Positions 34,945-48,070 of a stretch of 64,000 nt of DNA are shown piece by piece. Source of the DNA: Mustelus asterias (lineage: Eukaryota); assembly GCF_964213995.1 (NCBI RefSeq), contig NC_135808.1, positions 50,902,001-50,966,000 on the forward strand, read 5' to 3'. A program made the translations under genes and the position numbers. Under the pieces are notes generated by a model. That model did not search any database. It was not told where the DNA came from and saw nothing but the letters and a program-made list of their open reading frames with translations. Within the stretch, counting starts at the first letter, position 1. The number at the start of each line of letters is the position of its first letter.

Positions 34945-37900
34945 TGATGCGCTATCAATTAGGCAAAAGACTACTTGTGTGCCAGTACAACTGTAGGCTT
35001 TTATTCATTACAGAATCAGGAGCACATCCCAACAGGTAACCGACCCGAACTGAACAAGGGGGAGGAGACAGCCACCTTTATACTCGGTGACAAGGGGAGG
35101 AGCCGAGCCGGCAGGGGATGTGTCCAGGCATGACAAACACACAACGGTGGTCCAGACAGGACAAAGGCACAACTGAAGTCCACCACATTCACCCCTCCTT
35201 TAAAAAAAACAACACGGGGGTGAAGCGGAAACAATGTCACAAGTCCAGACGAACCGGTGGCTTGATCCGCCGTCGCGATCGTCGTAGTGCAGGTTGCAGA
35301 GTCGTCCGAGCAGAGAGTGGAGTCGGCCCAGGCTCCGCACAGTGAGCGTCGAGAGGAGGCACCAGGTGGTTTGAGGCGGATCCATCCGTCGTCCCGTCCA
35401 GTAGTCGGGTACTGCGTGGCGACGGCTCCGGCGACTCAAGCGAGCTGTACATCGGGGCGAGAGGAGCAAGCAGTGGCCCTGGTGGCGTATGGGGAACAGG
35501 GGGAACTGGGGCTGGGGGGTGGAGGGATGTAGTGGGCTCTGGGCGCACAATATAGGAGACTGGGACTGAAGGGGGGAAGGGCGTAGCGGTCTCTGGGCGC
35601 ACAACACAAGGGACTGGGACAGTGGGGCGGAGGGACGCGGTGGCCTCAGGGGCACCCGCGGGTGCCAAGTCGCGGACAGAGATCGTGTCCTCCCGCCCAT
35701 CAGGGTACGCTACATAAGGCTATTGAGGATTAGCGTGGAGCAATTGGACCTCCTCGACCAAGGGATCTGCCTTATGGGTCCGGACATGCTTCCGAAGCAG
35801 AACGGGCGCCGGGGACATCAGCCAGGCTGGGAGCAAGGTAACTGAGGAGGACTTTCTGGGGAAAGTGAACATCCGCTCGTGAGGGATTGTATTGGTCGCT
35901 GTGCACAAGAGTGATCTAATTGAATGTAATGCGTCCGGGAGGACGTCTTGCCAACGGCTGACTGGAAAGCCCCTAGACTGTAGCGCTAATAGAACAACCT
36001 TCCAGACGGTTGCGTTCTCCCGCTCTACTTGACCATTACCCCTGGGGTTATAGCTAGTGGTGCTGCTGGAGGCAATGCCTTTGGCGAGCAGGTACTGCCG
36101 CAGCTCGTCACTCATGAAAGAGGACCCACGGTCGCTATGAATATAGGGTGGAAAACCGAACAGGGTGAAGAGCTTATTCAGGGTCCGAATCACCGTAGCC
36201 GTGGTCATGTCCGGGCAGGGGAAGGCAAAAGGGAAACGCGAATATTCATCGATGACATTCAGAAAATAAATATTGCGGTCAGAGGAAGGGAGGGGGCCTT
36301 TAAAATCAATGCTGAGGCGCTCAAACGCACGAGTGGCCTTTACAAGGTGCACCCCACCTGGCCGGTAGAACTGCGGTTTGCACTCTGCGCAGACCCTGCA
36401 TTGCCTGGTAATCGTCCGGACTTCCTCGAGGGAGTAGGGCAGGTTATGGGCTTTGACAAAGTGGAAAAATCTGGTGACACCCGGGTGACAGAGATCGTTC
36501 TGGAGGGACTGTAGCTGGTCTAGTTGGGCGCTGGCACATGTTCCACGGGACAGGGTGTCTGGGGGCTCATTGAGCTTCCCAGGCCGGTACATGATGTCAT
36601 ATCTATAGGTGGAGAGCTCAATCCTCCACCGCAAGATCTTGTCATTCTTAATCTTGCCCCTCTGCCTGGTGTTAAACAGGAAGGCAACGGACCGCTGGTC
36701 CGTAATTAAAGTGAACCGTTGGCCCGCAAGGTAATGGTGCCAGTGGCCCGTGCTGGTCCACCATTTGACCCATGGCCCGCTGGAAAACTGAGACCCCATT
36801 GGTGACACCAAAGGGGACTCGGAGGAACTGGTAGAGGCGACCATCCGCCTCAAAGGCAGTATATGGGCGATCCTCCGAGCGGATAGGGAGCTGGGTGGTA
36901 AGCCGATGTTAAATCAATCGTAGAGAAAACCCTATAGTGCGCGATGCGGTTGACTATGTCCGCGATACGGGGAAGAGGGTACGCATCTAGTTGCGTATAC
37001 CTGTTTATGGTCTGGCTGTAGTCAATCACCATGCGGTGTTTCTCCCCCGATTTAACTACGACCACCTGCGCCCTCCAGGGGCTGGTGCTGGCCTGGATAA
37101 TCCCTTCCTTGAGCAAACGTTGTACTTTGGACCGAATGACGGCCCGGTCTTCCGCACTATAGCGCCTACTCTTGGTGGCTATAGGACTGCAATCCGGGGT
37201 GAGATTATCGAATAAAGAGGGGGGGATAATCTTGAGGGTCGAGAGACTGCAGGGGGTGCGCGAGGGGCGCTGCAGTGACGGCTTTTATCGTCTGGACCAG
37301 ACAGAGAGCGGGGGATAAGGGCCGTCATACTGCAGGGTGACGCTCCTATGATGGGTGAGGAAATCTAACCCCAGCAGTACAGCTGCGCAGAGTCGCGGCA
37401 GCACGAGGAGCCGAAAACGCTCGTAGACTGTGCCCTGTACCGTCAGCGTCACCAAACAGCACCCGAGGACCTCCACTGAGTGGGAATCCGAAGCCATGGA
37501 GATGGTCTGGCTCCAGGGCCGCACGGGAAGGGCATATTGACGCACTGTGCGAGGGTGTATAAAACTCTCTGTGTTCCCGCAGTCGAACAGGCAGTTTTCT
37601 GCATGGTCATTTACCTTGATCTCCATTATTGACTTGGAGAGTTGGTGAGGCTGAGATTGGTCCAGACGAATCGATGCAACCGTCGAACCCAGTAAGTATT
37701 CATCTTCGTCCACGTCTGATGATGTCACAGATAAAGTTTCCTGCTCGGCGCATCTTGATGACAGCATCCAAGATGACGGCTCCCGCACATCCGGTGACCG
37801 CATCAAAGATGGCGACTCCCGCACTTCCGGTGACCGCATTAAAGATGGCGATTCGGGTGCAGTCGCCGACTGCATTAAAGATGGCTGCACCCGCGGAACA

Positions 37901-38895
37901 CACATGGTGCCACGAGACTTCGGGATCGGCTTCACCAGGCAGACTTTAACGAAGTGGCCTAGCTTACCGCATCCGGAGCAGATCGCATCCTTCGCCGGGC
38001 AGCGACGCTGAGGGTGCTTGGATAGGCCATAAAAGTAGCATTTGGGCCCCGCTGGAACAGCCGCGCGGTGGAACCGTCGATGGAACGGGATGCGGGGTAG
38101 GCCCCGAGATTGCGAGAGGCCGCTTCTAGCGATTCAGCCATCGTGGCCGTTTTCTGGAGATCCAGGCCATCCTGTTCAAGCAGACGCTGCCGAATGTAAG
38201 TAGACTCAACGCCCGCAACGTAGGCGTCCCAGATCAGGTCCTCCGTGTTCTGAGCTGCTGAAACAGCCTTACAGTCGCAAGCTCGAGCTAGGACCCGCAG
38301 GGCGCGCAGAAATTGGGTGCACGATTCTCCTGGCTGCTGCCTGCGAGTAGCCAGGTGATGTCTGGCGTAGACCACGTTAGGGCTCTTTCAAAACTGCCCT
38401 TTTAAGAGTTCTATCGTGTCCACGTATGTAGTAGCGTCCCGGAAGATACCGTAGACTGCATCGCTTACCCGGGCGCGGAGCACATGGAGCTTAGCGCCGT
38501 CGGAGTCGACGACCGCAGCGGCGTTGATGAAAGCTTCAAAGCAGTCCAGCCAATGGTCAAATTTATCAGAGACTCCGACCTCTTGAGGGTCCAATGTTAA
38601 CTTGTCGAGTTTTAAAAGCTGCTCCATGTCGGTCAAATGTTATGAATAAAATTGATGCACTATCAATCAGGCAAAAGACTACTTGTGTGCCAACACAACT
38701 GTAGGCTTTTATTCATTACAGAACCAGGAGCACATCCCAACAGGTAACCGACCCGAACTGAACAAGGGGGAGGAGACAGCCACCTTTATACTAGGTGACA
38801 AGGGGAGGAGCCGAGCCGGCAGGGGATGTGTCCAGGCATAACAAACACACAACGGTGGTCCAGGCAGGACAAAGGCACAACTGAAGTCCACCACA
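34945..38895 (-). mobile_element. Gypsy-type LTR retrotransposon (copy 2), internally deleted
   Basis: 243-bp LTRs 38653-38895 and 34945-35187; TSD ATGCC/ACGCC; same PPT as copies 1 and 3; gag from ATG 38627, PR LFDCGN, RT truncated and joined to the RNase H end at ~36745, integrase ORF 35720-36853. Confidence 0.95.
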
Positions 38896-38909
38896 ACGCC
38901 TCGCCATAC

Positions 38910-40850
38910 TTTGGCAGGGGGATGGGTTACACTGTAGATGTAAGGTTGGGAGTGAGGTTCAGTCAGATATAGAAGGAAAACTCAGTCAGTCCAGCAGGCA
39001 GAGAAGACTTGGGCATGATGAGGCACAAGGGAGGATTTGAAGGCTAAACTGCATCTATTTTAATACAAGGAGCCTGTCTGGTCAGGCAGATGAACTTAGA
39101 GAGTTGGTCAGCACGTGGAAATATGAGATTGTTGCAGTCACTGAGACATGGTTGAAAGAAGGGCAGGACTGGCAACTCGACACTCCAGGGTACAGAAGTT
39201 CCAGGCGTGATGGGGGTCGGGGGGTGGGGGGGTATGTAAGAGAGGAGGGGACATTGTTTTATTGATTAAAGAGACCAAGCCTGCAGTAATGAGGGAGGAT
39301 GTATTGGAACGCTCTTCAAATGAGGCCATATAGATCATAGAAACCCTACAGTGCAGAAGGAGGCCATTCGGCCCATCGAGTCTGCACCGACCACAATCCC
39401 ACCCAGGCCTTATCCCCATAACCCCACATATTTATCCGCTAATCCCTCTAACCTACGCATCCCAGGATACTAAGGGGCAATTTAGCATGGTCAATGCACC
39501 TAACCTGCACATCTTTGGACTGTGGGAGGAAACTGGAGCACCCGGAGGAAACCCACGCAGACACGGGGAGAATGTGCAAACACCACACAGACAGTGACCC
39601 AAGCCGGGAATCGAACCCAGATCCCTGGAGCTGTGAAGCAGCAGTGCTAACCACTGTGCCACTGTGACGCCGCATATGGGTGGAGCTGAGAAATATAAAG
39701 GGCGATCATTGTGCTGGGATTATACTACAGGCCTCCCAACACTCAGAGGGAGATGGAGGAGCAGATATGTAGCAAATCACAGAGAGAGATGTGAGAGGAA
39801 TAGGTCTGTGGTCGTCGGGGATTTCAACCTCACCAATATTAATGGAATCACCTCAGTGTGAAAGGATTAGACAGGGTGGAATTTTTGAAGTGATTCCAGG
39901 AGAGCTTTCTGTGTCAGTAGATAGATAATCCAACTTGGGATGGCCCGTGCTCGACCTAATCCTCCGGAATGAAGCCGGGCAAGTTGTTGAAGTGTCAGTG
40001 GGTGAGCATTTTGGGGATGGGGAAGGTGGACAAAGCAACGAAAGATGGAATTTAATCCTGATAAGTGTGAGGTGATGCATTTTGGGAGATTTAATAAAGG
40101 TTGGATATACACAATGAACGGTAGGTCCCGAGGGAGAATTGAGGAACAAAGGAACCTTGGTGTACAAGTCCATGGATCCCTGAAGGTGGCAGCACAGGGC
40201 GATAGTGTGGTGAAGAAGGCAATTGGAATGCTTGCCTTCATTAGTCAGGGTTCGAATATGGGAGGAGGGAGGTCTTGGTACAACTTTATAAAACATTGGT
40301 TAGACCACAGATGGAATATTGTGCGCAGTTCTGGTCACCACACTATCGGAAGGATGTGATTGCACTGGCGAGGGTGCAGAGGAGAATCACCGGGATGTTG
40401 CCTGGGATGGAACGTTTCAGCTATGAGGAGAGACTGGACAGACTGGATTTGTTTTCCCTGGAGCAGAGGAGGCTGAGAGGGGATCTGATAGAGGTTTACA
40501 AAATTATGAGAGGTGTTGATAGGATGGATCGTAAGAGACTTTTCCCCATGGCACAGGTGTCTAAGAGGAGAGGGCATAGGTTTAAGGTGAGAAGGAAGTG
40601 GTTTAGAGGAGATCTGAGAAAGAATTTTTCACCCAGAGGGTGGTGGAAATATGGAACGCGCTGCCTGAGAGGGTGGTGGAGGCAGGAACTCTCGCTACAT
40701 TTAAGAAGCATCTGGACAAGCACTTCAATCACCAAGGCACAGTAACTATGGACCAAGTGCTGGTAAATGGGATTAGTATAGATTGGTATTGGATGGTCAG
40801 CATAGACATGGTGGGCCGAAGGGCCTGTTTCTGTGCTGTGTGACTGTATG
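38910..40850 (+). mobile_element. CR1 LINE with large internal deletion
   Basis: Endonuclease N-terminus (CIYFNTRS...VAVTETWL), jump at ~40022 to the RT C-terminus, 3' tail at ~40815-40850. Confidence 0.85.
39331..39668 (-). mobile_element. HE1-like V-SINE, full length
   Basis: tRNA head, V core, CR1-type tail with TCTATGA repeats. Confidence 0.92.
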
Positions 40851-41871
40851 ACGCTATATGGAATGGAGCAATTCTACTCCATAGACTGGCAGATGGGACG
40901 GAGAGGCTAAATTCATTTGCTTTGAGGACTTTGTCAGACGTTGAGAAAATGTACTCACAAATCGACAAAGAAAGCCGAGCAGTTATCTACACAGTGAGGA
41001 ATTTCACCAATACGTCTATGGGCGGCATTTCACCATCGTGTCAGACCGTAAGCCATTGTTGGGGCTTTTCCGGGAGGATAAGCCAGTGCCACCTATTGCC
41101 TCTGCCAGGGGGCAGAGATGGGCATTGCTGCTGGCACTAAACAGCTAAACCTTCCAGCAGAGGCCGGGAACAAGATCTCAAATGCAGATACATTGAGCCG
41201 CCTGCCGCTACCACAGACCATACCGTCACCGCCTGTTCCACAGGAGATAGTATTGGCTCTGCATTATTTGGTCACCCTGCCTGTCTCAGCAGCCCACACT
41301 CAGACGTGGACAGATAGGGAGCCGGTGTTAGCAAAGGGCAAGAAAATGGTACTGACCAGGTGGCACTTGGACAAGGCAGAGCAAATGAAGCTGCATTTAC
41401 AGATACCCTGCATAGATGGGATGTTATTGTGGGGGGGTCTGTGTCAGCGTCCACCCCCTGGGCAATGGCCACTGGTTCAAGAGTCACATGATGCCCATCC
41501 TGGCCAGAGCAGAATGAAAGTGTTGGCCAGAAGTTATGTCTGGTGGCCTGGCATTGACAGAGACATTGAACAAACGGTTGGGCAGTGTGAGAGTTGTCTG
41601 ACTCAGCAAGCGTTACCTCCACCTGTAAACATGCTCCCTTGGGCCATCCATGGTCACGGCTTCATGTATGCTTTGCTGGACAGAGGGGCAGATGTTCCTG
41701 GTGTTAGTCGATGCCCATTCCAAGTGGCTGGACGATCAGCTCATGAGACCCATCACAGCTCCATTTACCATCGATAAACTGAGGCAGATCTTTGTGATCC
41801 ATGGTCTTCCTGAAGCGTTGCTATCAGACAGCGGAGCAGCATTCACGCTGATGAATTTCAGACTTTGGTCA

Positions 41872-42058
41872 AGTAATGAACAAAGCATCGTAGCTGTGGG
41901 GGACAGCTCGGTGGATAGGATATTGGTATGTAGATAGGCTGGAAAATTGGGCGGGGATCCTGGATTCAGGATTCAATCCTGGACCGGGGAGCGGCGCGGG
42001 CTTGGAGGGCCGAAGGGCCTGTTCCTGTGCTGTATTGTTCTTTGTTCTTTGTTCTTTA
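41872..42058 (+). mobile_element. Isolated CR1 3'-tail insertion
   Basis: Near-identical to ~17510-17696; (TGTTCTT)n tail. Confidence 0.85.
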
Positions 42059-43140
42059 ATGACATTTGTCCTGTCAGGTCAGCCCCCGACCATCCTGCCT
42101 CGAATGGGTTGGTGGAGCGAGCCATGCTGACGTTCAAGGCTCCATGAGAAGCAGGTTCATAGGCCGTTCCATTGCGATTGGGCAGTTATTTGCTGTCCTA
42201 CAACACTACACCTCACGCCATCACTGGGGTCATGCCGAGGTCACACCTGCAGAGTTGTTAATGGGTCGGTGCCTGTGTACCTGTTTAGATTTAGTGTCTC
42301 CAAATTTGTCAGGGAGGGTGGAGGCTCGGCAAGCCTCTCAGAAAGAATATCGTGACTCTCAGAAAGGGGACGGATTGTTTAATGATGGCGACCTTGTGTT
42401 GAGAGGGAATTTGGGTGGCGGACCCACCTGGGTACCAGGGAGAGTTGTGGAGAAGACGGGACCAGTCTCATATTTGGGGGAGACACAGGGCCGTTGAGTT
42501 AAGGAGCATGTTGGCCACCTACGCAAGAGAGTAGAGCCAGTTCCAGGAGCTGAGCAAGTGGGCCCTGTATCCAGTTTGTGTGTACCAACCTCTGAACAAG
42601 ACAGTTCCATGTCCATGGTGAGGCCAAGGCAGCCTCTGGCTTGGGTGGGTGAGTCAGAGGAAGGGGCCGTCCAGGGCCGAGCTCCAGAGGTGGTTAGCAC
42701 GTCCACCCCATCAGTGGATCCCGTGTCGATGGCTGCTGAAGAGCCCCTGACAGAGTTGCAGCGTTCCGCAAGGTTCCGGAAATCTCTGGATCAGCTGATG
42801 TTATGAACTGTCTTTCCCTGGTGTCCCTTCTGTAATATTGATGTTTCTCTGCCTATATGTTAACTGTTTTACTTTGTGTTTTATCATAGGGAGTCCAAGA
42901 TGTTACGGGGGAAGGAGTGTGTGAGCCTGGCTCCTTTAAGGGGCAATCCTTCACGGGCCACATGACCTGGCTGGAGCCAATGGAGTGCGAGGGTGTGATC
43001 CTGGGCCAATCGGGAGTGAGGGTGATCATTCCTGGGGCTGGAGGCTTCAGTTGGAGTCAGGATGTTGTTGGGAGTAGACCTGTATCGTTGTGCTGTTAAA
43101 CCCTTCATTGTAAATAGTTCTTCTCATCAATAAAGCCTTT

Positions 43141-43470
43141 AGATCATAGATCATAGAATCTCTACAATGCAGAAGAAGGCCATTCGGCCCATTGAGTCTG
43201 TACCGACCACAATCCCACCCAGAACCTATCCCATAACCCCACATATTTACCCTGCTAATCCCCTAACACTAGGGTCAATTTACCATGGCCAATCCATGTA
43301 ACTTGCACATCTTTGGACTATGGAAGGAAACCGGAGCACCCAGAGGAAACCCACACAGACACGGGGAGAATGTGCAAACTCCACACCGACACTGACCCAA
43401 GCCGAGAATTGAACACAGTTCCCTGGCACTGTGAGGCAGCAGTGCTAACCACTGTGCCACCATGCCGCCC
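43141..43470 (-). mobile_element. HE1-like V-SINE inside the Mag-like LTR
   Basis: Same structure as 39331-39668; another partial copy at ~43675-43858 (+). Confidence 0.88.
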
Positions 43471-44020
43471 AAATTCCACAATCTACCGCGGCAGGATTCA
43501 ATCCCGGGTCCCCAGAACATTAGCTGAGTTTCTGGATTAATAGTCTAGCGATAATACCAGCAGACCATCATCTCCCCTTGAGTTAGTTATTTCCAAATCG
43601 AGTCTCCTCGAGTTATTACAATGAATATCTGTACCATTTTGGATAGCAACAGTCTCTGACAACACTCCAACATTCCAAAGATGTGCGGGTTAGGTTGATT
43701 GGTCAAACTAAATTGACCATTAGTGTCCCAAGATGTGTAGGTTAGAGGGATTAGCAGGGTGAATAAATGATGTTGCGGGGATAGGGGTGGGGTAGGATTG
43801 TTGTCAGTGCAGATTTGATGGACTGATTGGCCTCCTTTTGCTCTGTAGGGATTCTACAAGGTAGAAAGCAATCTTCTGTAAGAGTGCAACAGTGTGTAGG
43901 GGATGTTTGGACTGTCTTGAAAGCCGCTTCAAGATGTTTAAGGGAAACACAATGGCAGAATTGTTACTGATGGGTTTCAGGGTATTACAGTGGCAGATGA
44001 TGTAATGCTGTGATTCAGTA

Positions 44021-45620
44021 CATGATGTGGAGATGCCGGCGTTGGACTGGGGTAAACACAGTAAGACGTCTCACAACACCAGGTTAAAGTCCAACAGGTT
44101 TATTTGGTAGCACAAGCCACACAAGCTTTCGGAGCGCTGCTCCTTCATCGGGTGAGTGAGAATTGTGTTCACAAACAGGGCATATAAAGATACAAACTCA
44201 ATTTACAAAATAATGGTTGGAATGCGAGTCTTTACAGGTAATCAAGTCTTAAAGGTACAGACAATGTGAATGGAGAGAGGGTTAAGCACAGGTTAAAGAG
44301 ATGTGTACTGTCTCCAGCCAGGACAGTTAGTGAGATTTTGCAAGCCCAGGCAAGTCATGGGGTTACAGATAGTGTGACATGAACCCAAGATCCCGGTTGA
44401 GGCCGTCCTCATGTGTGCGGAGCTTGGCTATCAGTCTCTGCTCAGCGACTCTGCGCTGTCGTGTGTCGTGAAGGCCGCCTTGGAGAACGCTTACCCGAAG
44501 ATCAGAGGCCGAATGCCCGTGACCGCTGAAGTGTTCCCCAACAGGAAGAGAACACTCACGCCTGGTGATTGTCAAGCGGTGTTCATTCATCCGCTGTCGT
44601 AGCGTCTGCATAGTCTCGCCAACCGTACCATGCCTCCGGACATCCTTTCCTGCAGTGTATCAGGTAGACAACGTTGGCTGAGTTGCAAAAGTATGTACCG
44701 TGTACCTGGTGGATGGTGTTCTCACGTGAGATGATGGCATCCGTGTCAATGATCCGGCACGTCTTGCAGAGGTTGCTGTGGCAGGGTTGTGTGGTGTCAT
44801 GGTCACTGTTCTCCTGAAGGCTGGGTAGTTTGCTGTGGACAATGGTCTGTTTGAGGTTGTGCGGTTGTTTGAAGGCAAGAAGTGGGGGTGTGGGGTTGGC
44901 CTTGGCGAGATGTTCGTCTTCATCAACGACATGTTGAAGGCTCGAGAGAAGATGTCGTAGCTTCTCCGCTCCGGGGAAGTACTGGACGATGAAGGGTACT
45001 CTGTCCGCCGTCTCCCGTGTTTGTCTTCTGAGGAGGTCGGTGCGGTTTTTCACTGTGGCGCGTCGGAACTGTCGATCGATGAGTCGAGCACCATATCCTG
45101 TTCTTATGAGGGCATCTTTCAGCGTCTGAAGGTGTCTGTTGCGATCCTCCTCATCTGAGCAGATCCTGTGTATAGGGAGGGCTTGTCCATAGGGGATGGC
45201 TTCTTTAACGTGTTTAGGGTGGAAGCTGGAGAAGTGGAGCATCGTGAGGTTATCCGTGGGCTTGTGGTACAGTGAAGTGCTGAGGTGATCGTCCTTAATG
45301 GAGATGCGTGTGTCCAAGAATGCAACCGATTCCGGAGAGTCTGATGGTGGGATGGAACTTGTTGATGTTATCATATAGTTGTTTCAATGGTTGTTCACCA
45401 TGAGTCCAAAGGAAGAAAATGTCATCGATATATCTAGTGTATAGCATCGGTTGAAGGGCCTGTGCGGTGAAGAAGTCTTATTTGAACCTGTGCATGAAGA
45501 TGTTGGCATATTGAGGTGCAAATTTAGTCCCCATGGCTGTTCCGTGTGTCTGGATGAAGAACTGGTTGTTGAAGGTGAAGACCTTGTGGTCCAGGATGAA
45601 GCGGATGAGTTGTAAAATTG
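44021..45620 (-). mobile_element. Penelope-like element (RT plus GIY-YIG endonuclease), 5'-truncated
   Basis: GTAMGTKFAPQYANIFM and RYIDDIFFLW RT motifs (~45410-45545), AFLDTRISI, GIY-YIG region NVVYLIHC...AWY, TLRQRMNEHR...GLN. Confidence 0.92.
44120..44154 (-). ncRNA. Minimal hammerhead ribozyme of the Penelope element (core variant)
   Basis: CAC-CCGAUGA-A-GGAGC agc GCUCC-GAAA-GCUU-GUG; CUGAUGA core reads CCGAUGA. Confidence 0.75.
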
Positions 45621-47030
45621 CACCTGGAGACTGGCAAAAAAATACAGGACAAATCTATTGTGGCCAATTCCCACCTCATCAGTCTACTCTCGATCATAGC
45701 AAAGATGACACATTCTAATATGTCATCGACAGTTCTATCAAACAGCTCTTACTCAGCAATAACCTGCTCACTGACACTCAGTCTGGGTTCTGCCAGGGTC
45801 ACTCAGCTCCTGACCTCATTACAGCCTTGGTTCAAACATGGACAAAAGAGCTGAACTTCAGAGATGAGGGGAGAGTGACTGTCCAAGACATCAAGGCAGC
45901 GTTTGACCAAGTGTAGCTTCAAGGAGCCCTCGCAAAACTGGAGTCAATGGGAATCAGGGGGAAACTCTCCGCTGGTTGGAGTCACACCCAGCACAATGGT
46001 AGATGGTTGTGGTTCTAGGATTTCAATCTGAGATTGCCCCAGGACATCACTGCAGGAGCTCCTCAGGGTAGTGTCCTCAGCCCAACCATCTTCAGCTGCT
46101 TCATCAATGACCTTCCCTCCATCATAAGGTCAGAAGTCGGGATGTTCACTGATGACTGCACAATGCTCAGCACCATTCACAACTCCTCAGATCCTGAAGC
46201 AGTCTATGTCCAAATGCAGCAAGACCTGGACAATATCCAGGCTTGGGGTGACAAGTGGAAAGTAACAATCACACCTTGCAAGTGCCAGGCAAGGACCATC
46301 TCCAACAAGAGAGAATTTTAACATCTCCCCTTGACATTAACTGTCATTATCATCGCTGAATCCCCCACTATCAACATCCTGGTTGTTATGATTGACCAAA
46401 AACTGAACAGCAAAAGTCTTATAAATACTGTGGTTACAAGAGCAGGTCAGTGGTTAGGAATTCTGTGGAGAGCAACTCACCTGATGGCTCCCCAAAGCCT
46501 GCCCACCATCTACAGAGCACAAGTCAGGAGTGTGATGGAATACTCTCGACTTCCCAGGATGAGTGCACCTCCAACAACACTCAAGAAGCTCAACATCATT
46601 CAGGACAAAGCGGCCTCGCTTGATTGATTCCCCTTCCACTAACATTCAATTCCTCCACCACTGTCGAACAGTGGCAGCCGTGTGTACCATCTACAAGATG
46701 CCCTGCATGAACAAACCAAGGTTCCTGAGGCAGCACCTTCCAAACCCACAACCACTACTAACTGGAAAGATGCAGATCCCTGGGAACACAACCACCCGGA
46801 GATTCCCCTCCAAGTCCCTCACCATCCTGACTTGGAAATATAGTGCCATTCCTTCACTGTCGCTGGGTCAAAATCCTGGAACTGCCTCCCTAACAGCACT
46901 GTGGTTGTACCTATATGTCATGGAGTGCAGTGGTTCAAGAAGGCAGCTCACCACCATCTCCTCAGGGTAATTAAGGATGGGCAATAAATGCTGATATAAC
47001 CAGTGACATCAACTTCCCGTAAATGAGGAA
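45620..47030 (+). mobile_element. Jockey-group LINE 3' half
   Basis: GAPQGSVLSP...FTDDCT, QVRSVMEYS; inverted paralogue of ~29935-31700. Confidence 0.82.
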
Positions 47031-47885
47031 ATTATTAATTCAGAGCCTTCACCACTGTCCAATTCTGTCCCCAAACGAAATCCACACAGAACCTGAATTT
47101 ATATAGCACCTTATTGTACAACACAGTCCAAGATTTTTCACAGAGCGGCAGTAAGAGGAATGGGGGAGGGGCTGGGGAGGAAGTTAGGAAGAGAGATTGA
47201 AGACTTAGAACATAGAACATAGAACAGTACAGCACAGAACAGGCCCTTCGGCCCACGATGTTGTGCCGAGCTTTGTCTGAAACCCAAATCAAGCTATTTC
47301 CTCCCTATCATCCCGAAGTACTCCATGTGCCTATCCAATAGCTTCTTAAATGTTCCTAAAGTTTCTGACTCCACTATCACTGCAGGCAGTTCATTCCACA
47401 CCCCAACCACTCTCTGAGTAAAAAACCTACCTCGGACATCCTTCCTATATCTCCCACCATGAACCCTATAGTTATGCCCCCTAGTTACCACTCCATTCAC
47501 CCAAGGAAATAGTCTTTGAACGTTCACTCTATCTATCCCCCTCATCATCTTATAAACCTCTATCAAGTCTCCTCTCAACCTCCTCCGCTCCAAAGAGAAA
47601 AGCCCAAGTTCCCTCAACCTTTCCTCATAAGACCTACCCTCCAAACCAGGCAGCATTCTGGTAAATCTCCTCTGCACTCTTTCCAGTGTCTCCACATACT
47701 TCTTATAGTGAGGTGACCAGAACTGCACACAATATTCCAAATGTGGTCTCACCAAGGTCCTGTACAGTTGCAGCATAACCCCAGGGCTCTTAAACTCAAA
47801 CCCCCTGTTAATGAACGCCAACACACTATAGGCCTTCTTCACGGCTCTATCCACTTGAGTAGCAACCTTCAGAGATCTATGGATA

Positions 47886-48070
47886 TAGAAACATAGAAAC
47901 CCTACAGTGCAGAAGGAGGCCATTCGGCCCATCGAGTCTGCACCGACCACAATCCCACCCAGGCCCTACCCCTACATATTTTACCCGCTAATCCCTCTAA
48001 CCTACGCATCCCAGGACTCTAAGGGACAATTTTTAACCTGGCCAATCAACCTAACCCGCACATCTTTGGA
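47886..48070 (-). mobile_element. Partial HE1-like SINE in CR1 ORF2
   Basis: SINE 3' half interrupts AGAGATCT.TGGATAT|GGACCCCAAG (compare 62345-62370). Confidence 0.85.

Larger units (their letters stand above)
34810..43620 (+). mobile_element. Older Mag-like Gypsy element (RNase H, integrase, 3' LTR) hosting nested insertions
   Basis: LLAHFDPSKPFGIICDA|SPY is split at 34944/38901 and resumes near 40860 (GAILLHRLADGTER...YSQIDKE); integrase HPG..RMK.LARSYVWWPGID...C..C, VDAHSKW, HPASNGLVER; LTR-like TGTTAC (42901) to TTATTACA (43620). Confidence 0.8.
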
